From positions 57,109 through 121,108 of the forward strand of contig CAVTHK010000006.1 in assembly GCA_963734495.1 (NCBI GenBank): a DNA stretch of 64,000 bases. The letters are read 5' to 3'. The notes below the pieces were generated by a model that had not been told where the DNA came from, did not search any database, and saw nothing but the letters and a program-made list of their open reading frames with translations. Both the position numbers and the translations under genes were made by a program. The DNA comes from an uncultured Spirochaetota bacterium (GTDB lineage: Bacteria > Spirochaetota > Spirochaetia > SZUA-6 > CAVTHK01). Positions 54,925-64,000 of this stretch are shown here, piece by piece; positions within the stretch are counted from its first letter, which is position 1; each line of letters begins with the position of its first letter.

Positions 54925-56415
54925 CTACAGCCGGCGCGCGAGGGTCTGCTCGACAGCGGACCTCCACCCCGCGAGCAGACGGGCGCGGGCGTCGGCGGCG
55001 AGCGACGGAACGAAGGCGCCGCGCTCGCCGGCAAGGGATGCGAGCTGGCCGCGGTCGCGCCACACGCCGACTGCAAGGCCGGCCGCGAAGGCGGCGCCCC
55101 GCGCGGACACGTCCTCGATGTCGGCCACGCGAAGGCCTGCGCCCAGGATGTCGGCCTGGAGCTGCATGAGGAAGCGGTTTCGGGTGGCGCCGCCGTCGAC
55201 GCGCAGGCTCGCAAACGGCACGCGCTCGTCGCGGCGCATCTCGGTCAGAAGGTCGTTGATCTGGTACGCGATCGACTCGCACGCCGCGCGCAGAATGTGG
55301 GCGCGCGACGATGAGCGCTCCAGGCCGGTGATCAGCGCGCGTACGCCGTGGGTCCAGTACGGCGCGCCCAGCCCGGCGAAAGCCGGCACGAGGTAGACGC
55401 CGCCGTTGTCCGCCACCGACGAAGCCGCCTGCTCCATCTCGTCGTAATCGGAGAACAGCCGCACCTGGTCTCGCAGCCACTTGAGTGTGTCGGCGCTCGA
55501 GTGGATGTTGCCTTCGAACACGTAGTCGACCTTGCCGCCGAGGCCCCAGGCGAGCGACAGCACGATGCCCTGCGGCGGCTCGATGGGGGCCGGCCCGATG
55601 TTGAGCATCACGGACGTGCCGGTGCCGTAAGTGGCCTTCGCGTCGCCCGGGGCGAACCCGCAGTGGCCGAAGAGCGACGCGTGCGAGTCGCCCAACACGC
55701 CGGTGATGGGCAGCGTCACGCGCGGATCCTGAAGGGCAGCCTCGCCGAAGGAGGCATCGCCGAACCGCACCTCGGGGAAGCGCAGGGCTGCAACCCCGAA
55801 AAGATCCTGAAGCTCCCGGTCCCACTGCAGAGTGTGGACGTTGAAGAGCATCGTCCGGCAAGCGTTGGAAAAATCGGTGGCGTGGACCTCGCCTTTTGTC
55901 AATTTCCAGACGAGCCAGGAGTCGACCGTGCCGCAGAGCGCGTCGCCCCGCCCGGCCGCGTCGCGGACGGCCGGCACGTTGTCCACGAGCCACTTGAGCT
56001 TGCTCGCGGAGAAGTAGGTGTCGACGAGCAGGCCGGTCCTGGCGCGGATCGAGGGCTCGAGGCCGCGCGCCTTGAGGTCGTCGCAGGCGGCCGTGCCGCG
56101 CTGGTCCTGCCAGATCACGGCGTTGTGCAGCGGACGGCCGGTGCGCCGGTCCCACACCGCGATCGTCTCGCGCTGGTTGGCGATGGCGAGCGCGGCGATC
56201 GACGCGGGGTCGACGCGCGTCTCGCGCACGACGCGGGCGATGACGCGCAGCGTGTTCGCGTAGAGCTCCTCGGGGTCGTGCTCGATCATCCCGGGGCCAG
56301 GGTAGTGCTGCTTGTGCTCCTCGCTTGCGCGGCCCACGAGGCGGCCGTCGTCGCGAAACAGCACCGCCTTGGTCGCCGACGTGCTCTGGTCGACCGCGAG
56401 GACGTGACGCGCCAT
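54925..56415 (-). CDS. FGGY-family carbohydrate kinase (glycerol kinase-like; candidate apulose kinase)
   Basis: AVDQSTSATK, NQRET, WQDQR, YFSASK, KATYGTG, GLGAPYW, DGGA; SD AAGGAGG. Confidence 0.92.
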   Translation of the reverse strand: MARHVLAVDQSTSATKAVLFRDDGRLVGRASEEHKQHYPGPGMIEHDPEELYANTLRVIARVVRETRVDPASIAALAIANQRETIAVWDRRTGRPLHNAVIWQDQRGTAACDDLKARGLEPSIRARTGLLVDTYFSASKLKWLVDNVPAVRDAAGRGDALCGTVDSWLVWKLTKGEVHATDFSNACRTMLFNVHTLQWDRELQDLFGVAALRFPEVRFGDASFGEAALQDPRVTLPITGVLGDSHASLFGHCGFAPGDAKATYGTGTSVMLNIGPAPIEPPQGIVLSLAWGLGGKVDYVFEGNIHSSADTLKWLRDQVRLFSDYDEMEQAASSVADNGGVYLVPAFAGLGAPYWTHGVRALITGLERSSSRAHILRAACESIAYQINDLLTEMRRDERVPFASLRVDGGATRNRFLMQLQADILGAGLRVADIEDVSARGAAFAAGLAVGVWRDRGQLASLAGERGAFVPSLAADARARLLAGWRSAVEQTLARRL

Positions 56416-56593
56416 CGAGTCCTCCTTGAGAAGAGTGCGCGGGCATGATAGCAGGGGAGCGGGTCGCCCACAACCGCGGCCGGCAGCGAGATCACCCATC
56501 CCGAACGCCCATGATGTCGATAATGTGGGGAACACCAGACACGGGCTTCTGAACGTACTGCGGGACTGCTGTCCTGAAAGGAGTCGACAACAA

Positions 56594-57166
56594 ATGCATC
56601 GATTCGCCACGGGAGCTCTGATGGCTGCGGCACTGCTCGCTCTCGCAGCCTGTGCAACCACGGGAGGGAAGCTCGAGACCCAGCGCGACAACGACTCCCT
56701 CGTCTTCGGTTACCTGGACATGTCGCAGGCCAGGGGACACTTCGAATGGGTGCAGATGCAGAAGCTTCAGCCTCCCACCGACAAGCCGTACTACAGCTGT
56801 TACGTGGACAACGGGCTGTTCTGGCATCCTCGCGTCGTGCCGGGCACGTACAAGTTCATCAAGTTCGGCGGCATGGACGGGATCAAGATCGGGTCGGTGC
56901 ACCTCTTCGGGTCGACCCAGTACGAGTACGGCTTCCCCCCACAGGGCAAGGGTGAGCTGGACCCGGTCATAGAAAAGTCGGGCCTGTACTTTGTCGGAGC
57001 CTGCAAGGTCGTGATGAAGCGAGGCGGGTTCTTCAAGCCCGACGAGTTCGACATCCAGAAGATCGAGTCGCCCACGGAAAAGGAGCTGCTCCAGCAGCTC
57101 CTCACCAAGGATGACAAAGGCGAATGGCGCAGCCGCATCGAAAAGCGCCTTGGGGAGCTGCACTGA
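56594..57166 (+). CDS. Hypothetical lipoprotein
   Basis: SD AGGAG; lipobox LAAC. Confidence 0.75.
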   Translation: MHRFATGALMAAALLALAACATTGGKLETQRDNDSLVFGYLDMSQARGHFEWVQMQKLQPPTDKPYYSCYVDNGLFWHPRVVPGTYKFIKFGGMDGIKIGSVHLFGSTQYEYGFPPQGKGELDPVIEKSGLYFVGACKVVMKRGGFFKPDEFDIQKIESPTEKELLQQLLTKDDKGEWRSRIEKRLGELH

Positions 57167-57755
57167 TGCGCGCCTCGCGGTGGTCGCGGTGCTCGCGGCG
57201 CCGACGGTCGCGGCGCTGCTGCTCGCCTCGTGCGTCGGCATGGCCCAGGTGGGCTCCCTGTCGGAGATCGGGCCGGACGAGGTCGTGACCGTGGCGAAGA
57301 TCCAGCTCGATCCGCCGCTCCAGAACAACGAGCAGCAGCTGAAGTTCACGATGGAGGGGTATCGCAACCGCGTGGTATTCGTGGTCGACGAGCGCGTCCG
57401 CGACCCCGAAAAGATCGGGCTGGGCGACATATCGGTGATGCAGAAGGCGGACCTCGGACAGCTCTTCTACGCCAAGGCGCGGCGGGCGCCGGCGCTGTTC
57501 TACTCGGCGCCCATGATCCTGCTGGATGAGATGGACAAGATGATCCTTCCCGGCGGGCTCGAGGTCGCGATCCCGCCTGCCGCCCGGATGGTGTACTTCG
57601 GCACCCTGATCTACAAGCGCGACGCGTACAGTGCCATCACGGGCGTGGAGCTCAAGGACGAGCTGGAAGCCGCGCGCCAGGAGGTCTCTGCGCGCTTCGG
57701 GTCGAACGCGGTGCTCACGCCCACGACCGTGCGGCCGCCCCAGGCGCCCAGGTAG
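57166..57755 (+). CDS. Hypothetical lipoprotein (start uncertain: ATG 57166 with an indel, or GTG 57180)
   Basis: Lipobox LASC; TGATG overlap with the upstream gene. Confidence 0.7.
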
Positions 57756-57821
57756 CGCCTTGCCCCCGCGCGGCCGAGCCCGCGGCCGAGCCTGCGGCCG
57801 GCTGCGCGGGAGCTCTCACGA

Positions 57822-58298
57822 TCAGCGGACCGGGATTTGGGCCGCGAAGGCTTCCACCTTCTTCTGCCAGCCCTCCTCCAGCGGTCCCTTCATCCTGGTC
57901 ACCAGGACTCTGCCGTCGGCGACCTTGACGAGACCCTTGGCCTGGAGCAGCTCGTTCATGATCGGGAGGACGCGTTGCCACCGCGCCAGCTCTTCCTCGG
58001 TGGGCATCCGTCCGTTCTTGTCTGGCCGCGACGCCCCCTCGGTGGTGAGGACGGCGTACCTGGTCCCGGCCGGCAGATTCGCCTTCTTCAGAAAGCGGCG
58101 CACGCGGCCGATCGGCTTGCCCATGCGTCCGGGCGAGCTGAAGAGATACAGATCGGCAGGCGGGATCTCCCGCGGCCGCGCGTCCTTGACGTGATGCACG
58201 TCGACCGCGACGCCCCTGGCGGCCATCTGCTGCTTGAACTCCTCCGCGACCATGGCCCCGTTTCCGAACTTCGATGCGTGAAAATACTCGATTCTCAT
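57822..58298 (-). CDS. Flavodoxin-like protein
   Basis: YFHASKFGNGAMVAE, FSSPGRMG, KGPLEEG; SD GGAGG. Confidence 0.75.
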   Translation of the reverse strand: MRIEYFHASKFGNGAMVAEEFKQQMAARGVAVDVHHVKDARPREIPPADLYLFSSPGRMGKPIGRVRRFLKKANLPAGTRYAVLTTEGASRPDKNGRMPTEEELARWQRVLPIMNELLQAKGLVKVADGRVLVTRMKGPLEEGWQKKVEAFAAQIPVR

Positions 58299-58467
58299 TT
58301 CGACCTCCCGATACCTTTATCAACACCGGGGCGAGCCGATTCCAGCACCCCGAGGGCCGGCTTTCCCGCCGGGGACGAGCTTCCGGGCCGTTGTCGGACA
58401 CGCCGGGGCCCCTCGTATTTCCACGGGGTGGGCTTCCGCAGTACTGTAGGGAGCGAGGAGGCAGGCG

Positions 58468-59461
58468 TTGAACTACGTAAACCTGGGGCGTTCGGGAATC
58501 AAAGTAAGCAAGGTGTGTCTCGGTGCCATGACGTTCGGGCGCGAGGCGGACGAGGACACGAGCGACCGCGATCCTGGACTTCTTTGTGGAGAAGGGCGGC
58601 ACGTTTGTCGACACGGCCAACGCCTACTCCAAGGGCGGCAGCGAAGAGGTGGTCGGCCGCTGGATGAAGAAGCGCGGCAACCGCGACTCCATCATCCTCG
58701 CCACCAAGGTCTTCGGCAAGATGGGTGACGGGCCCAACGACGGCGGGCTCTCGCGCATCGCGATGCAGCGCGCCTGCGCGGCGAGCCTCAAGCGCCTGCA
58801 GACGGAGGTCATCGACCTCTACCAGATCCACCGCTGGGACCCCGAGGTCCCGCCCGAGGAGACGCTCGAGGCGCTCACCGACCTCGTGCGCGAAGGCAAG
58901 GTCCGCTACATCGGCTGCTCCAACGTCGCCGCGTGGCAGCTCGCCAAGACCCTGCGCATCTCTGAGCGGCGCAATTTGAGCCGGTTTGCATGCCTTCAAC
59001 CTGTGTTCAATGCGCTGTACCGCGCCATTGAGAATGAGCTCCTGCCCCTCTGCGAAGACGAAGGCATCGGCGTCATCTGCTACAACCCCCTCGCCGGCGG
59101 CGTGCTCACGGGCAAGTACACGCGCGGCAAGGAGCCGCCCAGGGGCTCGCGCCTCGGCGAGTTCAAGCTGTACTACAACCGCTACTACTACGAGCAGATG
59201 TTCGACCTGGTGGAGCGGTTCGTCGCGCACGCCAAGTCGCGCGGAGCCACCCCGGCCCAGCTCGCCCTGGCGTGGGTGTTAGGCGAGAAGCGCATCACCT
59301 GCCCCATCGTCGGCGCCCGGAATATCGAACAGTTGAAGGATTCCCTCGGCGGGCTCGACCTCAAGTTGACGCCCGAGCAGCGCGCGGAGGTGCCCTCCGT
59401 GCCGCCGGGGCGGTGGCTCGAGGTGGACCCGGTCTACGACCGCGAGCGCGTGCAGCGATAG
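58468..59461 (+). CDS. Aldo/keto reductase (frameshift near 58570)
   Basis: [57 protein letters not shown]. Confidence 0.93.
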
Positions 59462-59636
59462 CGGCTCCGGCGATCATCGATGGCGCCGACGGTCGAGCTC
59501 ATCCGCGACCGCGGCTGCCACCACGTCAAACGAACGCCTGGGCGCATCGGATCGCAGGCAGCGAGTCGCAGCGAGTGGCATTTCCGTCGCGGACCGGCTA
59601 TTCTGTCGGGCAGTCAGTGAGAAAAGGAGCACGGCG

Positions 59637-60638
59637 TTGAACAAGAAAAAGACTGTGGCGCTTCTGTTGAACGAGATGATCAGCGATCGGGTGATGGACC
59701 CGAAGGACGTATCGCGGCTCAGGAAGATAGCTACGGTCAGGACCAGGAGGCTCGCCCGCCTGGACGCGCAATCGTGCAAGGAGCTCATCGCGGGGGCGGA
59801 TGCGGTCATCACAAGCTGGGGCACCCCCAGGCTCGAAGAGGAGATACTGGATCGCGCGCCCGGCCTCAGGCTGATCGCTCATGCGGCCGGCTCGGTCAAA
59901 CCGGTAGTGAGCGACGAGGTCTGGAAGCGCAGGATCAGGGTCACCACGACCGCTCCTTCGATAGCCCTCAGCGTCGCGGATTTCGCCCTGGGAATGATGC
60001 TGCTGTACTCTGTCCGGACCAAGCGGTTCGCGCAGGCCGTCGCCGCCGGCGCATGGTCGAGCCAGGACGAGAAGCTCAGGCTCAGGGGCCTCTATGATCG
60101 GACGATCGGCATCATGGGGGCGGGCTACGTCGGTCGCAGAGTGATCGAGCTTCTCAAGCAGTTCCCGGTCAACGTTCTTCTCTACGATCCGACGCTTTCG
60201 ACCGCGCAGGCGGCGAAGTTGGGCGCGAGAAAGGTGACGATGGAGCAGCTGTGCAGGAAAAGCGACATCATCTCGTCGCACGCTCCCTCGATCCCCGCGA
60301 CCCGTCACCTGCTCAACGAGCGCATGTTCGGCCTTATGCACAAGGACGTGCTCATCGTGAATACGTCGCGCGGGTCGGTGATCGACGAGAACGCCCTGGT
60401 CTCGTTTCTGAAGGAGAACAAGAACGCCTTTGCCTGCATCGACGTGACCGATCCCGAGCCTCCGACGGCGAGCAGCCCTCTGCGGACGATGGAAAACCTG
60501 CTCCTCACGCCCCACATCGCGGGCATCGGGGCCACCAGGCGGCAGGGCCGGTACGCGGTGACCGAGATCGAGAACCTGTTCAAAGGCAAGAAGCTCGTCC
60601 ACGAGGTCAAAGAGAGCATGCTGGCGACCATGGCATAG
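59637..60638 (+). CDS. D-isomer-specific 2-hydroxyacid dehydrogenase
   Basis: HAAGSVK, GAGYVG, NTSRG, DVTDPEP, TPHIAG. Confidence 0.93.
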   Translation: MNKKKTVALLLNEMISDRVMDPKDVSRLRKIATVRTRRLARLDAQSCKELIAGADAVITSWGTPRLEEEILDRAPGLRLIAHAAGSVKPVVSDEVWKRRIRVTTTAPSIALSVADFALGMMLLYSVRTKRFAQAVAAGAWSSQDEKLRLRGLYDRTIGIMGAGYVGRRVIELLKQFPVNVLLYDPTLSTAQAAKLGARKVTMEQLCRKSDIISSHAPSIPATRHLLNERMFGLMHKDVLIVNTSRGSVIDENALVSFLKENKNAFACIDVTDPEPPTASSPLRTMENLLLTPHIAGIGATRRQGRYAVTEIENLFKGKKLVHEVKESMLATMA

Positions 60639-60660
60639 CGGCCCTTTCGCCGGCCTCGAC

Positions 60661-60784
60661 GGCGAGAAGCGCGTCACCTGCCCCATCGTGGGCGCCCGGA
60701 ATGTCGAATAGGTGAAGGATTCCCTCGGCGGTCTCGACCATATGCTGACGCCCGAGCAGCGCGACGGAGGTGCCCTCCTTGCCG
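60661..60784 (+). repeat. Degenerate direct copy of the aldo/keto reductase 3' region (59282-59404)
   Basis: Manual alignment: about 12 differences over 124 nt, including CAG to TAG and a 1-nt insertion. Confidence 0.9.
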
Positions 60785-60802
60785 GCGGAGCGTTGCGGGA
60801 CG

Positions 60803-61649
60803 TCAGGACGCACGCCGTCTCGACGCGTGCGCCTCCGGCCTTCCGCGCCTTTCGCGCGGGAGCAGCGCCGCGCAGACGTCGCCGATCAGCGCCAGCGCAT
60901 CGTCGATGCCCTCGGTTGCGGCCTTTCTCGAAATCGCCCTTTGTCACGCCCATCCGGTTCGTGATCAAGGCGAAACAGACAACGCGCCTGCGCCGGGCGA
61001 CAGACAGAGCATAGAGCGCGGCCGCCTCCATCTCGACCGCCTGGACCCCCAGCTTCCGGGCTCGGGAGATGGCCTGCGGAGTTTCGCGGAACGGCGCATC
61101 GGTGGTCCATGTCGCGCCAAGGGTCACTCGGGGTGCCTGTGGCTCCAGCAGGTCAGCCAGACGGGCGCGCAGGCCAGGGTCGAGACGGGCAAAGTCGGCC
61201 GGAGGCAGGTAATGGTAACTCGTCCCCTCGTCCCGCAGCGCCTTATCGATCAGGAGGAAGAGCGGCGGTCGAAGGCGCGAATCGATCTGGCCGGCGGAGG
61301 TCAGGCTGATCAGGAGCCGGCAGCCGCTGGCAAAGAGCTCCTCGGCGACGAGGACGGCAAACGAGGCGCCGACGGCAAAGGGAACGATCCCAATGGTCCT
61401 GCCGGCCGCCTCGCAGTCATAGAGGTTCGTGTGATAACAGGCCCAGGCGGGATTCATGCGCGCTTTCCCCGTGGCGATCAGATGTCGCGCGATGTCCCCG
61501 TCCGGGTCGAGAAGGCAGACTGAAGGTATGCGACCACTCTTGCGGCGAAGCTGTCGACGCCCTTCGCGCAGGAGGTTCTCCGGCTTGAACAGGGACGGTG
61601 CGGCATAGTTCCGGCGCATCATAAGAGGCGCTCGCCAGCTCTTTTTCAC
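60803..61649 (-). CDS. Nucleoside phosphorylase family protein (PNP/UDP fold; frameshift near 60920)
   Basis: CLLDPDGD, WACYHT, VGASFAVLVAEELF, RDEGTSYHY, WTTDAPFRET, VEMEAA, FEKG. Confidence 0.88.
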
Positions 61650-62487
61650 CGGACAAAGCTGTGGGTTCCGGAAACTCTGGAAGGTGGATTCCGGAAATTC
61701 TGACAGGTTGATCAGGTTGGCCTGAGGGCGTCGGTTCGTCAAGTGAGAGGTGACGTGTGCGCATGGAGGGGCCGTCGAGCTGCATCATGCGGCCACGCTC
61801 GAGGATGCGGTCGACGATGGCCGCGGCCAGATCGTCGTCGTGGAGGACCGCTCCCCACTGCCTGGGGTGCTTGTTGGTCGTGAAGACCATCGAACGGCGC
61901 TTCAAGTGCCGGTCGTTGACGACGTGGAACAGCACGTTGGCGGCGTCGGTACCGTAGGTGAGGTAGCCGACTTCGTCGACGACCAGGACGTCGGGGTGAG
62001 TGTAGCGAGGCAGGGCCTGAGAAAGCCGGCCGGCGCGGAAGGCGGTGGACAGCTCGTCGATCAACTGCGCAGCGGTGACGAAGAGGGCATCGAAACCGTT
62101 CTGGATGGCGCGGTAGGCGATGGCGACGGCCAGATGGGTCTTGCCGCGACCGGGCTTGCCGATGAACACCAGAGAGCGACCCTCGGTGACGAAGTCGGCT
62201 GAGAGGGCGGAGCCCAGCAAGGCCAGTCGCACCGTGGACTGGAAGGTGAAGTCGAACTCCTCGACGGTCTTCAGGAACGGAAAGCGTGCACGGCGGGTCA
62301 GGCGCTGGATGCGGGTCTGATACCGATGGGCAACCTCCTCGCTGACCAGCACCGACAGGAAGTCCCCGTAGGACCACTGTTCGCTCTCGGCTCTCTGGAT
62401 CAGGGAGCGATAGACCCTGCGCGTGTTGGCGAGGTTCAGCCGCTTCAACACCGCCTCCAGATCGATCTCGGCAGGCACCGGGTTCAT
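61417..62487 (-). CDS. istB: IS21 helper ATPase IstB (reads through the IS end)
   Basis: KTVEEFDF, GKPGRGKTHLA, VVDEVGY, FTTNK, AIVDRIL. Confidence 0.95.
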   Translation of the reverse strand: MNPVPAEIDLEAVLKRLNLANTRRVYRSLIQRAESEQWSYGDFLSVLVSEEVAHRYQTRIQRLTRRARFPFLKTVEEFDFTFQSTVRLALLGSALSADFVTEGRSLVFIGKPGRGKTHLAVAIAYRAIQNGFDALFVTAAQLIDELSTAFRAGRLSQALPRYTHPDVLVVDEVGYLTYGTDAANVLFHVVNDRHLKRRSMVFTTNKHPRQWGAVLHDDDLAAAIVDRILERGRMMQLDGPSMRTRHLSLDEPTPSGQPDQPVRISGIHLPEFPEPTALSGEKELASASYDAPELCRTVPVQAGEPPARRASTASPQEWSHTFSLPSRPGRGHRATSDRHGESAHESRLGLLSHEPL

Positions 62488-64000
62488 GGCGTCACCCCCG
62501 AGGCGGCCAGCAGCGGTGTCTCAGCGAGATAGTGCCTGATGTACTCGGCGCCGAACAGTTGCTCCTGAAGCCCCGTGAGGAACGCCGTGCGCAGGGCGTC
62601 GTCGCCGTAGGCCAGCAGCAGGTCGTGAAGCTGCTCGACGTCGATGATCCACAGATTCGGCCGCCGGTGAACGAGCTCGGTGAGGTAGCCGTGAGCCGCC
62701 TCCCCGAGCTGCAGCAGGTGCTCGCGCTTGAGGTAGCGGCGTGCGCGCTTGCCCGAGACTGCCGCCACGGCCGACGCACGGTGCTGCGGCAGAACAGAGC
62801 GAGCGCCGGGGATTCTCAGCCTCGTGTGAGTGGCCTCATGGCGGCCTGCGACGATGCGCAGCCGATCCTGGTAGAGGTACAGAGTGCCCGAGATCGCGAT
62901 CGCCTCTGCGGGCATCGAGTACAGGTGGCCGTCGTGTGTCACCATGCCGGTGGGCCCGACAAACACCGGGATGCGCAGCGCCAACTCCTGGGGGCTGACC
63001 TTCAGCGGCCGCAAGCGTGGCCGTTCCTCCTGGAGGCGAACGCGGGGAACGACGCCCGTCGCTCGCGAGGGACGGCTCTCGTTGGTCTCCTGAAGCCACT
63101 GGGCCAGCTGTTCGCGCAGGTCCTGCTCATCCAGGAAACGCCGCTGCTTGAAGAACGAACCCTTGACCCAGCCGACCAGATTCTCGATCGACCCTTTCTG
63201 CTCGGGGCTCGCAGGCCAGCACAGTTCCACCCCGACGCCCAGCTCCAGCATTACCGCCGCGAAGGTCGGGTTCCATTCGGTGACCCGGCCGTCCTTGCCC
63301 CACACCAGAGCGACCGTCTTGGGTCGGTCGAAGACCGCCAGCAGCGGCACTCCTCCCATCCCCTGGTAGTGCTCCAGAAGCCCGCGAACCAGGCTTTCCA
63401 CCCCCTGGTCGTCAACCAGGCTGACCATGGCCCAGCGGGAGTACTTAAGCCTCGAGGCCAGGAACTGGACCGTCCGCACGGTCCCGTCCAGAAAACGTAC
63501 TTTGACCTCTCCGAAGTCGTGCTGGCAGAACTCTCCCGCCAGCCCCTCGAAGCGCACCATGGCCCGGGAGACTTTCGGCCGCAGCGAGCTCACCAGCGCG
63601 TACAGCGCACTCTTGCCGCCGCTGTAGCCCTCAAGCCGCACGCGCCGCAGGATCTCCACGCTCAGCAGCGGAGGCTTCTCGGCCACGAGCGCAACGACTT
63701 TCTCGCGGAACGGCTCCGCTTTCGAGGGCCGGCCGATGTGGTGGCGCTCGCGCGCCGCTTCATCATCGACGTCCTCTACCAGCGGCTCCCGCTCAACCCT
63801 TCTGACCGCGCTTTCGGAGACCTCGGCCCGCTCGGCGACGTCCGCCTGAGTGTGCCCCGCCCGGCGCAGCACCTGTATCTCGTGGCGCTTGAGCATGTTG
63901 ATCATCCTTCCCCTCGCCGCCTGAAGCTACAGCGAGTCTGTCGGTCGCACCGTCCTTCGACCTGTCAGAATTTCCGGAAAGGATGCTGTCAGAGTTTATG
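61660..64000 (-). mobile_element. IS21-family insertion sequence (far end just outside the window)
   Basis: End 5'-TGTGGGTTCCGGAAACTCTG at 61660 with a second repeat TTCCGGAAATTCTGAC (61689-61704); inverted copies GTCAGAATTTCCGGAA (63964-63979) and GTCAGAGTTT (63988 onward); istA-istB pair. Confidence 0.95.
62484..63905 (-). CDS. istA: IS21 DDE transposase IstA
   Basis: N-terminal HTH, RFEGLAGEFCQHDFG, FDRPKT, KGSIENLVGWVK, YSMP; 4-nt overlap with istB. Confidence 0.95.
   Translation of the reverse strand: MINMLKRHEIQVLRRAGHTQADVAERAEVSESAVRRVEREPLVEDVDDEAARERHHIGRPSKAEPFREKVVALVAEKPPLLSVEILRRVRLEGYSGGKSALYALVSSLRPKVSRAMVRFEGLAGEFCQHDFGEVKVRFLDGTVRTVQFLASRLKYSRWAMVSLVDDQGVESLVRGLLEHYQGMGGVPLLAVFDRPKTVALVWGKDGRVTEWNPTFAAVMLELGVGVELCWPASPEQKGSIENLVGWVKGSFFKQRRFLDEQDLREQLAQWLQETNESRPSRATGVVPRVRLQEERPRLRPLKVSPQELALRIPVFVGPTGMVTHDGHLYSMPAEAIAISGTLYLYQDRLRIVAGRHEATHTRLRIPGARSVLPQHRASAVAAVSGKRARRYLKREHLLQLGEAAHGYLTELVHRRPNLWIIDVEQLHDLLLAYGDDALRTAFLTGLQEQLFGAEYIRHYLAETPLLAASGVTP

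Noticed and set aside
57769-57805. Short GCGGCCGAGCC tandem repeats between convergent genes
   Set aside because: Only two to three short GC-rich copies without spacers; not CRISPR-like.
59598-61742. 714-aa minus-strand ORF
   Set aside because: Nucleoside phosphorylase read-through caused by an indel near 60920, continuing antisense to the dehydrogenase.

Overview
A 64-kb chromosomal window from a high-GC, probably diderm anaerobe; the solute-binding-protein signal peptides look Spirochaetia-like (inference). From left to right: an outer-membrane beta-barrel gene; a lexA-imuA-imuB SOS cassette that ends in a GNAT acetyltransferase instead of dnaE2 and has a palindromic operator in its promoter; and a class II ribonucleotide reductase (nrdJ) with tandem NrdR boxes and two inteins, each in front of a catalytic cysteine. 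Next is a sugar-catabolic region of about 19 kb built around an uncharacterised glycyl-radical enzyme (atypical GCHW cysteine loop). It also holds the activase, an AGE epimerase, an Opp/Dpp-type ABC importer, a glycoside hydrolase and dehydrogenases, with a group II intron sitting at the 5' end of one dehydrogenase gene. After a DUF47-PiT pair comes a second Opp-type importer with a DUF4038-type hydrolase, a fucose-isomerase-family enzyme, a split transketolase and DeoR; with an FGGY kinase 10 kb away these match a D-apiose-type pathway. The right part is an accessory patchwork (TetR/DHA2, MBL and PHP hydrolases, PIN-RHH toxin-antitoxin, PLD-zinc-finger protein, lipoproteins, oxidoreductases) ending in an IS21-family element that runs off the window edge. 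Many genes carry single-base frameshifts, often in G/C runs, which most likely reflect long-read assembly errors. All family calls come from motif recognition, not database searches.
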